A stretch of DNA of 52,551 bases from Candidatus Eiseniibacteriota bacterium (GTDB lineage: Bacteria > Eisenbacteria > RBG-16-71-46): assembly GCA_044222065.1 (NCBI GenBank), contig JBGAOA010000027.1:1-52551 (forward strand). The letters are read 5' to 3'. Both the position numbers and the translations under genes were made by a program. The notes beneath the pieces are model-generated. The model ran no database searches, had not been told where the DNA came from, and was given only the letters and a program-made list of their open reading frames with translations. Below are positions 36,141-45,279 of this stretch, piece by piece. Within the stretch, counting starts at the first letter, position 1; each line of letters opens with the position of its first letter.

Positions 36141-38873
36141 ATGCCCGTTCGAGACCAGCTCCCGGCAGTGCTCCGCGGCGAAGCCGCGACGGATCTGACG
36201 CCCGCCTCCCGCGCCCACCTCGAAGCGATCGCTCACGAAGCGATGCTCGAGAAGTCGCTCCCCGCACTTCGCGACGAATGCGCGAACCGGCTCAAGCAGC
36301 CGCACGCGTCGCGCTCGATCGAATACCTGCTCTCGGCCGCCTGTGCGCTCAACGGCGAAGTCGAGCGCGCTTACCAGACGCTGCTGTCGCTCGGCGATCA
36401 CCTCGGCGCCGAGAAGCAGTGGGAGGCGCTCGCGGCGATCGCCGAGCGCGCGCTCGCGCTCGAAGAGACCGGCGCCGCGGCGCGCCTGCTCGTGCGCGCG
36501 CACGAAGGCCTCGCGAAGGATCCCGACCGCATCGAGGCGCTGCACCGCGCGTGGATGATCCTGCCCGACGACCTCGACCTCGGGCTGCTGCTGTCGGTGC
36601 GTTACGGCGAGGCGGGCGAGGGCGAACAGCGCCGCGCGCTGCTCGCCGAGCTGCTGCCGCGCTTCGCGCACGAGGCGCGCTGGCCGGGCATGGAGGAGTG
36701 CGCGCTCGAGTTCGTCGAGCACGACGACCTCGAAGGGCTGAAGCGCCTGCTGCAGCTCCTGCCGCAGGTCGCGGCGAAGGGCGCCGTGGCGGAGGCGAAG
36801 ACGCTGCTCGACATCGCCGCGCCGCCGCTCGCCAAGGCGGGCCAGCTCGGCGTCGCGCACGACGCGATCCGCGCCGCGATCGGCGCGGTGCTCGAGAAGA
36901 GCGGCGCGAAGGCCGTCGAGGGCTGGCGCAAGGCCGCGACCGAGGCCGTGCGCCAGGGGCCGGGCCGCGAAGTGCCGAACGTCGAGGACGTCATCACGCA
37001 GTCGGGGCTCGGCGACAAGGAGAAGCCGCTCGCCGAGGGCCTCGCCCAGTTCGACGTGATCGCCGCGCTCGCGCCGGGCCGCGCCGTGTACCACAGCTCG
37101 TTCGGCGCCGGCCGCGTGCTGTCGAACGACGGCGAGAACGTGTTCATCGACTTCGCGAAGTCGCGCAACCACCGCATGCCGTACGCGGCCGCGGTGCGCT
37201 CGCTGTCGGGGCTGCGCGAGGACGACCTGCGGCTGCTGCGCGTCACGGACCCCGCGCTGCTCGCGAAGATGGTCGCGGGCGAGCACGCCACCGTGATCGT
37301 GCGCGCGCTCGTCGCGCTCGGCGGCGGCGCCGACGCGATCCGGCTCAAGCAGTTCCTCGTCGGCTTCGAGCTCGTGCCGCCGAAGGACTGGACGGCGTTC
37401 TGGCGCAAGGCGAAGGGCGCGATCGAGAAGGATGCGCGCGTGGATTCGTCGCGCGCGTTCGAGCAGCACTACCGCATCGCGCCCGAGGACGCCTCGGGCG
37501 TCGCCGGCGACGCGCCGCTGCCGGCACTGCAGGCGCGCAAGCCGGTGAAGACGAATCTCATGGCCGTGCGGAAGTTCCTCGACCAGCACCCGACGCTCGA
37601 GAAGGCGGTCGCTCAGCGGTTCGGCCGCTACTTCCAGCGCGCGATGCTCGAGGAAGAAGGCGATCCGGTGGATCGCGCGCGCGCGGGCCTCACGGTCGCG
37701 CGTTGGTATCCCGAGCGCGCCGACGAGTGGCTCGAGACGCTTCAGCAGCTGTGGGAGCAGGGGCTGTCGGTGACGGATCTCGCGACCGAGGACGAGCAGA
37801 TCGCTCTGCTCGAAGCGGCGCACCGCACCGGCGCCGAGAGCGACGCGATCCTGTCGGCGCTCGACTCGCGCTTCCCGGCGGTGCGCGACGAGGCGAACCG
37901 CTTCCGCGCGCAGCTCGACGCGAGCGGCAGCGCCGACCTGCGCCGCACGCTGCTCCGCCACGCGCCGCGCTACCCGCAGGCGGCGCTGCGGCTCATCGAA
38001 GAGGAGCTGGGCGACCACGTGAAGCGCGCGCGCGGCGGCGAGCCCGCGCCGCCCACGGCGTGGGAGCTGTTCATCGCCTCGCTGTCGCTCGTCGAGGAGA
38101 AACCCAAGGCGTCGCTGGCCGAGAAGGTGATGCGCTGGCTCGAATCCGGCGGCGAGTTCGACGCCGCGTTCGAAGGCTCCGAGATCTCGGACGACACGCG
38201 CCTCAAGGTGCGCGTGATGCTGCGCCAGTGGCGCTCGAGCGACCGCTACTTCTTTCCGGCCATCGAGGCGGCGGAGCGGCTCGGGTTCGCCGAGGACGTC
38301 GAGATCGTGCGCGAACAGCGCGCCGCCAAGTCCGAAAAGCTGTTCGCGGGCGTCGGCGAGGCGGTCGAGGACGTCGAGCTGCCCGTGATGACGCGCGCGA
38401 CGTGGGAGCACCTCCAGCAGGAGCTGGAGCGGCTCCAGTACGAGCTCAAGAACGTCATCCCGAAGACGATCCAGAAGGCGCGCGAGCTCGGCGACCTGCG
38501 CGAGAACGCCGAGTACCACTCGGCGAAGCAGAAGCAGGCGAACGTCGCGCGCCTCGTGGCGCGGCTCCAGAACAAGCTCGTGCGCGCCAAGTTCGTCGAA
38601 GAGATGGAGTGGCAGGACGGCGTCGCGGGTGTGGGCACCGAGGTGACGCTCGAGAGCGACGCCGAAGTGACGAGCTATTGGATCCTCGGCGAGGGCGAGC
38701 ATCATCACGGCGAGCACGTGATCTCGTTCCAGACGCCGGTGGGCCGCGCGCTCGCGGGCAAGGGAATCGGCGACGAGGTCGAACTCGGCGAAGGCGCGAA
38801 CCGGCGCCGCTATCGCGTCGTGTCGATCGAGCGCAAGCTGCCGGTGCCCGCGTCGCAGAAGAGCGGCGCGTAG
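36141..38873 (+). CDS. greA: long-form GreA/GreB transcription elongation factor
   Basis: C-terminal ARELGDLRENAEYHSAK and ISFQTPVGRAL; about 750-aa N-terminal extension. Confidence 0.9.
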   Translation: MPVRDQLPAVLRGEAATDLTPASRAHLEAIAHEAMLEKSLPALRDECANRLKQPHASRSIEYLLSAACALNGEVERAYQTLLSLGDHLGAEKQWEALAAIAERALALEETGAAARLLVRAHEGLAKDPDRIEALHRAWMILPDDLDLGLLLSVRYGEAGEGEQRRALLAELLPRFAHEARWPGMEECALEFVEHDDLEGLKRLLQLLPQVAAKGAVAEAKTLLDIAAPPLAKAGQLGVAHDAIRAAIGAVLEKSGAKAVEGWRKAATEAVRQGPGREVPNVEDVITQSGLGDKEKPLAEGLAQFDVIAALAPGRAVYHSSFGAGRVLSNDGENVFIDFAKSRNHRMPYAAAVRSLSGLREDDLRLLRVTDPALLAKMVAGEHATVIVRALVALGGGADAIRLKQFLVGFELVPPKDWTAFWRKAKGAIEKDARVDSSRAFEQHYRIAPEDASGVAGDAPLPALQARKPVKTNLMAVRKFLDQHPTLEKAVAQRFGRYFQRAMLEEEGDPVDRARAGLTVARWYPERADEWLETLQQLWEQGLSVTDLATEDEQIALLEAAHRTGAESDAILSALDSRFPAVRDEANRFRAQLDASGSADLRRTLLRHAPRYPQAALRLIEEELGDHVKRARGGEPAPPTAWELFIASLSLVEEKPKASLAEKVMRWLESGGEFDAAFEGSEISDDTRLKVRVMLRQWRSSDRYFFPAIEAAERLGFAEDVEIVREQRAAKSEKLFAGVGEAVEDVELPVMTRATWEHLQQELERLQYELKNVIPKTIQKARELGDLRENAEYHSAKQKQANVARLVARLQNKLVRAKFVEEMEWQDGVAGVGTEVTLESDAEVTSYWILGEGEHHHGEHVISFQTPVGRALAGKGIGDEVELGEGANRRRYRVVSIERKLPVPASQKSGA

Positions 38874-39050
38874 CACGACTGCGCGCGCGCGCCGCGCGCA
38901 TTCGCACGAGCGCGCCGAAACGACGCGCGCACGCGCGCGCACGCGGGACGAATTGCGCCGCGCATTCGCACGCGAGATTCGTCACGCTGAATGATCGTTG
39001 CGCGTGATTTCTCGCGACGCGAAGTTTCTCGCGTGGCACGAAAAGTTCGT

Positions 39051-39079
39051 TTGTCGCGCGCCGCGTTTTCGCCTATCGT
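39051..39079 (+). promoter_or_regulatory. sigma70-like promoter
   Basis: TTGTCG-N17-TATCGT. Confidence 0.45.
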
Positions 39080-39167
39080 GCCGCTCACGATTTTGAGTAC
39101 AGCGCGCGCGCCGAACTTCACGCCTGGTTCGCTCCTCGACGCCGCGTCGTCATACCGCCGGGACTAC

Positions 39168-39360
39168 GGGACCCGTCACCGGCGGCGCTGCCGAGGTGGG
39201 CGGCGAAGACACGAAGTTTGGCCGCAACAGACAGAGGCTGGTCGTAAGGCCGTCTTTGCGTTGGGGTGGAAAGGGAATTCCCGCCGCCCACCGGTCGTGC
39301 TGCGCGTCCGCGACACCAAAACTCGCGGACCTTCCGAGGGAACGGAACGACAGAAATGTC
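39168..39360 (+). ncRNA. putative structured 5' leader or riboswitch-like RNA
   Basis: 11-bp long-range helix, nested helices, two GNRA-capped hairpins and an alternative pairing. Confidence 0.45.
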
Positions 39361-40042
39361 TCTGGGTGCACGCGCGCAGAGTTCGAGCCTCGTCGTGGAC
39401 GAGGCGCTGCGCGAGGTTCTCGCGCTCGGAATGCTCGAAGCCGAAGGCCTGAGCGGCCAGCCGCTCGGGCCTGATTTCTTGGCCGAGCGCGACGCCGTCA
39501 CGGCGCGCCTCGCGAGCGCCTTCGGCGGCCGCGCCCCCGCAGACATTCCGGGCGTGGCCGAGACGCGACGGCTCTTCCACGCGCTCGGCATGGACCCCAC
39601 GAAGACGCGGCCGAGCAGCGAGGCGCTGCTGCGCCGCGTGCTGCAGGCCAAGGGGCTGCCCTCGGTGTCGCCCGCGGTGGACGTGTGCAACCTGTGCTCG
39701 CTCGAGCAGCAGTTGCCGCTCGGGCTCTACGACCGCGATCGCGTGCGCGGCGACCTGCGCGCGCGCAAAGGGGCCGCGGGCGAAGGCTACGCGGGCATCC
39801 GCAAGGGCGTCGTGAACCTCGACGGGCGGCTGCTCCTCGCCGACGACTCGGGGCCGTTCGGCGCGCCGACCTCGGATTCCGCGCGCACCGCGGTCACCGA
39901 CGAGACCCGCAACCTGATCGTCGTCGTGTTCTGCCCCGTGGAGCGCGGCGGCGACGAACTGTCCGTCGCGCTCGAACAGATCGCCGCGCGCCTGTCGCAA
40001 TACTGCGGCGCGCACGTCGCCGCGGTCCGCGTCATCCACTGA
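39356..40042 (+). CDS. stand-alone B3/4 (PheRS beta editing-like) domain protein
   Basis: GMDPTKTRPSSEALLRR, VDVCNLCSL..LPLGLYD and GPFGAPTSDS. Confidence 0.9.
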   Translation: MSLGARAQSSSLVVDEALREVLALGMLEAEGLSGQPLGPDFLAERDAVTARLASAFGGRAPADIPGVAETRRLFHALGMDPTKTRPSSEALLRRVLQAKGLPSVSPAVDVCNLCSLEQQLPLGLYDRDRVRGDLRARKGAAGEGYAGIRKGVVNLDGRLLLADDSGPFGAPTSDSARTAVTDETRNLIVVVFCPVERGGDELSVALEQIAARLSQYCGAHVAAVRVIH

Positions 40043-40177
40043 CGCGACACGGCGTCCACCACGCGGTTCTTGACCCGCGTTGCGGCGATCCGTAGCGTGC
40101 CCCGACCTTCGAACTCGAAGGACTCATCACACCGGCCCGCGACGCCCACCCCGCGCGCCTCAATCCAGGAGACACGC

Positions 40178-40720
40178 ATGAAACGCAGCGCGTTGTTCGC
40201 GGCTGTCGCGCTGGTGCTGCTGCCCGCGATGGCGCAGGCGGGGAGCATCGGCATCGGCGGGTACGGCGGCATGAGCATCCCGATCGTCCAGGACGACAAC
40301 GGCAACGGCCCCGTGTTCGGCGCCCGCGCGCCGGTGGCGCTGAACAAGCTGCTCACGGTCGAGCCGTACTTCGCCTCGACGTCCGCGGGCGACGCCGAGC
40401 TGGAGATCGGCGGCATCAACTACACGCGCGACGGGCTCGACGCGACCGGCTTCGGCGCGAACGTGATGCTGACGTTCGGCGACCGCGTGAAGTTCTACCC
40501 GTTCGGCGGCTACGGCTCCTCGACGCTCACGCGCGACGGCTCCGCGGACGTGACGATGACCGGCTTCAACTACGGCATCGGGCTCGGCATCTCGCCGATC
40601 GAGAAGCTGACGATCCATCTGCGCGGCGAGGGCAACACGTACTCGAAGGACGACGCGGGCCGCACGTTCGGCATCGTGACCGTCGGCGTGTCGTACGACC
40701 TCTTTCCCATTCTCCAGTAG
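40178..40720 (+). CDS. OmpA-like 8-stranded outer-membrane beta-barrel
   Basis: AGGAG RBS, signal peptide, YPFGGYG, FNYGIG and terminal VGVSYDLF. Confidence 0.88.
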   Translation: MKRSALFAAVALVLLPAMAQAGSIGIGGYGGMSIPIVQDDNGNGPVFGARAPVALNKLLTVEPYFASTSAGDAELEIGGINYTRDGLDATGFGANVMLTFGDRVKFYPFGGYGSSTLTRDGSADVTMTGFNYGIGLGISPIEKLTIHLRGEGNTYSKDDAGRTFGIVTVGVSYDLFPILQ

Positions 40721-40732
40721 GAGGGCGTGACC

Positions 40733-41293
40733 ATGAAGCGCTTCGCGAAGATCGCCGCCCTCCTCGCCGTCGCCGCGGTGCTGGCCGGAACGACGGGCTG
40801 TTTCAAGGTGCTCAAGCTGTTCTCGGTCGCGACCGGGAACCTGTCGGCGGTGAACGGCCCGACTTCGGCGGGCAAGTACATCGTGCTCGCGGACGAGAGC
40901 AGCGATTACGCCGACAACAAGGACAAGCTCAAGACGATCGACGAGTACGGGCTGCTCGGCACGATCAAGAACAACCTCGCGGCGCCGGTGACCGCCGAGG
41001 TGTGGATCGTCGAGAACCCGGCCGGCAGCGCGCTGCTCGGCGACAAGACCGCGGTGCAGAACGCGGGCGGCAAGAAGCTCCTGACGATGAATCTCGCGGC
41101 GAACGAGACGAAGCAGATCACGTGGGGCAATTCGTGGTTCGCGCTGTTCACGCCGGCCAACGATCCGGTCGTCGACGAGTTGTTGGGCGACGCGACGTTC
41201 ACGATCTACGTGTTCGGCAGCACCGCGACGTACGACATCGACGTGACGAACGCCGTGTTCTACGTGTCGGCGTACATCGGGAACCTGTTCTAG
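40733..41293 (+). CDS. lipoprotein
   Basis: Lipobox-like LAGTTGC; GGAGG RBS. Confidence 0.85.
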   Translation: MKRFAKIAALLAVAAVLAGTTGCFKVLKLFSVATGNLSAVNGPTSAGKYIVLADESSDYADNKDKLKTIDEYGLLGTIKNNLAAPVTAEVWIVENPAGSALLGDKTAVQNAGGKKLLTMNLAANETKQITWGNSWFALFTPANDPVVDELLGDATFTIYVFGSTATYDIDVTNAVFYVSAYIGNLF

Positions 41294-41317
41294 CCGCGAG
41301 CACGCGACGAAACGACG

Positions 41318-41352
41318 ACGGCCGCTCCGCAAGGGGCGGCCGTTTCGCTTTC
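41318..41352 (+). terminator. intrinsic terminator
   Basis: ACGGCCGCTCC-GCAA-GGGGCGGCCGT followed by TTCGCTTT. Confidence 0.75.
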
Positions 41353-43051
41353 GGCGGTCCTTGCCGAACGCGCGCTGCGTGATCTTCACGCCGGGCGGAC
41401 TCTGGCGGCGCTTGTACTCGGCGCGGTCCACCATGCGCACGACGCGCTCGACGGTCGCGAGGTCGAAGCCGTCCGCGGCGATCTCCTTCGGCGAGCGGTC
41501 TTCCTCGACGTAGCGCTGCAGGATCGGATCGAGCACTTCGTAGGGCGGCAGCGAGTCCTGGTCGGTCTGGTTGTCGCGCAGTTCGGCGCTCGGCGCGCGC
41601 GTCAGCGTGCCCTCGGGGATCACCGCGCCGCGCTCGTTGCGGTAACGCGCGAGCTCGTAGACGAACGTCTTGTACACGTCGCGAATCACGGCGAAGCCGC
41701 CGGCCATGTCGCCGTACAGCGTGCTGTAGCCCACCGACAGCTCGCTCTTGTTCCCGGTCGTCAGCACGAGCCAGCCGAATTTGTTTGAGAGCGCCATCAG
41801 GTAGTTGCCGCGGATGCGCGCCTGCAGGTTCTCCTCGGTGATGTCGGCGGCCTTCCCGCTGAACGCGGGCTCGAGCGCGCGCAGGTAGCTCTCGAACACG
41901 CCTTCGATCGGAACCGAGTAGAAGCGCAGGCCGAGCGCGCGCGCGAGCGCTTCGGCGTCGGCCTTGGAGGCGCCCGACGTGTAGCGCGACGGCATCGCGA
42001 CGCCGACCACGTGATCGGGGCCGAGCGCATCGGCGGCGACCGCGGCCGTGAGCGCCGAGTCGAGTCCGCCCGAGAGTCCGAGCACGACGGTGTCGAAGCC
42101 GTTCTTGATCACGTAGTCGCGCGTGCCGGTGACGAGCGCGTCGTACACCTCGGCGACGAGCGGGCGCTCGGGCACCGGGGCGCGCGCGGCGAGCGCGGGC
42201 TTGGGTGCCACGGACGCGATCGGCGGCAGCTCGATGCGCGCGGTCGGGAAGCCGTTGTCGAGCGCGCGGCCCTTCCGAAGCCGCGGATCGTGCAGCCGCT
42301 GGTTGAACACCTCGTCCAGGTCGAGGTCGGCGACGATCAGTTCCTCGACGAACGGCGCGCCCTCGGCGAGCACCGCGCCCTTCTCGTCGAGCACGAGGCT
42401 CGAGCCGTCGTACACGACTTCGTCCTGCCCGCCGACCAGGTTCACGTAGCACAGCACGACGAGGTTGTCCGACGCGCGCGTCTCGAGCATGCGCCGGCGT
42501 GCCTGACCCTTGCCCGCGTGGTACGGCGAGGCCGAGATGTTCAGCAGCACCTCGGCGCCGCCGCGGATCACCTGCTCCTCCATGACGGGGCCGCCCGGGT
42601 ACCAGATGTCCTCGCACACGTTCACGCCGATCACCGTGCGGTCGCGCACGAACACGGGGTTGCTCGTCGCCGGCATGAAGTAGCGGTTCTCGTCGAACAC
42701 GCCGTAGTTCGGCAGGTAGCGCTTGCGGTAGGAACCGGCCCACGCGCCGTCGTGCAGCACGGCGGCGATGTTGTACAGGTCCACGTCGCGCTCGATCGAG
42801 CCGACGACGGCGGTCAGGCCCTTCGTGTGCGACAGCAGGTCGCGCGTGCGCGCGATCGCGCGCTCGATGAACGACGGCTTCAGGAGCAGGTCCTCGGGCG
42901 GGTAACCCATGATCGCCATCTCGGGGAAGGCGACCAAGTCCACGGCCTGCTCGCGGGCGCGCGCGAGGAACGCGACGATCTTCTCGAAGTTGCCGTCGAG
43001 ATCGCCGACGGTGGCGTTGATCTGGGCGAGTCCGATCCGCAGGGGGCGCAT
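41351..43051 (-). CDS. nadE: glutamine-dependent NAD+ synthetase; homology ends at ~41351 with no stop until 40160
   Basis: Nitrilase-type triad (FPE, RKRYLPNY, CEDIW); GLSGGLDS, ENLQARIRG, TGNKSE, PSAEL and EYKRRQ. Confidence 0.95.
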
Positions 43052-43163
43052 GGGCGACGGATTCTTGTCGCAGCCGCTCCGGGGCGCAAGCCGGACCTGG
43101 ACAGGGCGTTCGGTCGCCCGGGCCCCGCGCCCACCCGGCTCCGCCTGCGGCAATGCGTCAAAT

Positions 43164-43205
43164 CGTGGGGGAGTCCGTCGGGATTTCTCGCCTCTTCGGG
43201 TGAAG
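43164..43205 (+). promoter_or_regulatory. conserved upstream motif, copy 1
   Basis: CGTGGGGGAGTCCGTC-N18-GGGTGAAG. Confidence 0.55.
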
Positions 43206-43234
43206 GCCGATTCGACGGCCGCAAGGAGGACCCA

Positions 43235-43795
43235 ATGAACCCGACCCGAATGCTCACGCTCGCGCTCCTGCCGATCCTCGCCGCCCCACTGCTCGCCGGA
43301 TGCGGCACGAGCCCGACCGCCCCACAGATCACGGCGGTCCAGGACACCGCCTCGTCCGTGATCCACACGCCCACGAAGTTGATTCTGCAGCAGATCGTGC
43401 TGCGGAAGTTCCCCGCGACGACGACCTCCGGAGACGACTGGGACTCGTCGCTGATCGTGAACGCCCGCAAGCCGGATCTCTACGTGGAGCTCCGGCAGGA
43501 GGGCTACACGCCGATCTACTCCTCCGACGTCCGCGAGAACGCGACCGCCGGGAACACGTACCGCTTCACCGAGGGCTACGGAACGCCGAACCTCCCGCTC
43601 GACGTGCCCTACGGATCGGCGTACCGCGTGTACGTCTGGGATCGCGACGTCGGCGGCGACAACGACCGGCTCGGCTGGATCACGCTGAATTTGCCGGCCG
43701 CCTATCCGCGGAACAACTCGTTCGAGGTGGACCACACGTACCGCGATTCGGCCGGACGCATCGAGGTCGAGATCATCGGGCAGTGGTCGTACTGA
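43235..43795 (+). CDS. lipoprotein with C2-like domain, paralog 1
   Basis: AAGGAGG RBS; LAGC lipobox; DWD..PDLYV and VWDRDVGGDNDRLG. Confidence 0.88.
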   Translation: MNPTRMLTLALLPILAAPLLAGCGTSPTAPQITAVQDTASSVIHTPTKLILQQIVLRKFPATTTSGDDWDSSLIVNARKPDLYVELRQEGYTPIYSSDVRENATAGNTYRFTEGYGTPNLPLDVPYGSAYRVYVWDRDVGGDNDRLGWITLNLPAAYPRNNSFEVDHTYRDSAGRIEVEIIGQWSY

Positions 43796-43888
43796 GGCGG
43801 GACGTCGTCTCGCGGCACGCGCCGAGCCCCTCGGCGCGTGCCGCCGAGGTCGCCCACGGCACCCGGAACGAGCCCGTGCCGCAAGTCC

Positions 43889-43930
43889 CGTGAGGGAATC
43901 CGTCCGGTTCCGGCGCTTCCAGGGGTGAAG
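43889..43930 (+). promoter_or_regulatory. conserved upstream motif, copy 2
   Basis: CGTGAGGGAATCCGTC-N18-GGGTGAAG, with the same spacing as copy 1. Confidence 0.55.
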
Positions 43931-43957
43931 CCCAGTTCACTACCGAAGGAGGACCCC

Positions 43958-44515
43958 ATGAACTCGAAGCGCATTCTCCCGCCCGCGTTCCTGACGATCG
44001 CCGCCGCCGCTCTGCTCGCCGGCTGCGGCAAGAGCCCCACGGCGCCCGAGGCGGCGGCGCTCCCGCCCGCGCCCGTGATCCACACGCCGTCGCGATTCCT
44101 GCTCCAGGAAATCGTGCTCCGGAAGTTCCCGGCGAAGACCCAGTCCGGCGAAGATTGGGACTACTCGCTCATCGCGAGCGCTCGCAGGCCGGACATCTAC
44201 GTGTACGTCCATCGAACCGGCCAACTGCCGCTCTACGAGTCGGACGAACGCACCGACGCGACGTCCGGCAACGTGTATCACTTCACTCGCGGCTACGGCA
44301 CCCAGGACCTTCCCACGTACGTGCCGTATACCAACGCCTACCGCATCTACGTGATGGACAGCGACGTCGGAGGCGACCACGACACGATCGGCTGGATCAC
44401 GCTCAACCTTCCCGCGATCTACCCGAACGACAACTCGTACGAGGTGGACCACGTGTTCAAGGACTCAGGCAATCGCATCGAGGTCGAGGTGAAGGGCAAG
44501 TGGGACTACGAGTGA
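43958..44515 (+). CDS. lipoprotein with C2-like domain, paralog 2
   Basis: AAGGAGG RBS; LAGC lipobox; DWD..PDIYV and VMDSDVGGDHDTIG. Confidence 0.88.
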   Translation: MNSKRILPPAFLTIAAAALLAGCGKSPTAPEAAALPPAPVIHTPSRFLLQEIVLRKFPAKTQSGEDWDYSLIASARRPDIYVYVHRTGQLPLYESDERTDATSGNVYHFTRGYGTQDLPTYVPYTNAYRIYVMDSDVGGDHDTIGWITLNLPAIYPNDNSYEVDHVFKDSGNRIEVEVKGKWDYE

Positions 44516-44672
44516 GCGAGATCCGCGACCGCGCGGGCCGGCCCGGGCCCGCGCGGCCGCCGGTCGGCAACCCGGGATGGACGGCGCCGCGCGATGTGAC
44601 TAAGTTCGCGCGACCGACGCCCCGCCCGGCTCTGATTCCGATCCGGGCCTCCCATTCGAGGAGTCCGCTCGC

Positions 44673-45242
44673 ATGGCCGACTCGCCTCACGGCACCGTCA
44701 CGAGGCTGCTCCGGGAGAGCCGCGAGGGGGACGAGCGCGCGCTCGATCGCGTCGTGCCCCTCGTCTACGACGAACTGCACCGGCTGGCCGAGCGGCAGAT
44801 GCGGGGGGAGAACGTGGCGCACACGCTCCAGCCCACGGCGCTGATCCACGAGGCGTACGCGCGTCTCGCCGGCACCGATCTCGACTGGAACGACCGCGCG
44901 CACTTCCTCGCCGTCGCGTCGCGAGTCATGCGGCGCGTGCTCGTGGACCACGCGCGCTCGGCGGGGCGCCAGAAGCGCGGCGGCGGCCGCGAGCGCGTGA
45001 CGCTCACCGACGCGATCGCGGCGGAATCGGGCGACTTCGACGTGCTCGACCTCGACGACGCGCTATCGCGGCTCGGCGCGCTCGACGAGCGCAAGGCAAA
45101 GGTCGTCGAGTTGTGCTACTTCGCGGGGCTCACGTACGACGAGATCGCGTCGGCGCTCGGGATCTCCGCGACGACCGTCCATCGCGAGCTGGCGTTTTCG
45201 AAGGCCTGGCTCCGGAGCCAGCTGGCCCCGCCATCGGAATAG
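44673..45242 (+). CDS. ECF sigma factor, kinase-associated (TIGR02999-like)
   Basis: VYDELHRLA, HTLQPTALIHEAY, MRRVLVDHAR..KRGG and YFAGLT. Confidence 0.93.
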   Translation: MADSPHGTVTRLLRESREGDERALDRVVPLVYDELHRLAERQMRGENVAHTLQPTALIHEAYARLAGTDLDWNDRAHFLAVASRVMRRVLVDHARSAGRQKRGGGRERVTLTDAIAAESGDFDVLDLDDALSRLGALDERKAKVVELCYFAGLTYDEIASALGISATTVHRELAFSKAWLRSQLAPPSE

Positions 45243-45279
45243 TCCGCCCGCGTGGGCGGCGCACGAGGGAGGCGACACC

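Noticed and set aside
35424..38942. 1172-aa PduO fusion
   Set aside because: Only the last 180 aa are PduO; the rest is antisense to greA.
39034..39049. TGGCACG as a sigma54 promoter
   Set aside because: The -12 position is TC rather than GC.
39173..39205. Assignment to guanidine-IV, T-box, cobalamin, lysine, c-di-AMP or SRP classes
   Set aside because: Only fragmentary motif similarity; required elements such as the terminator stem, T-box sequence or AGCAG are missing.
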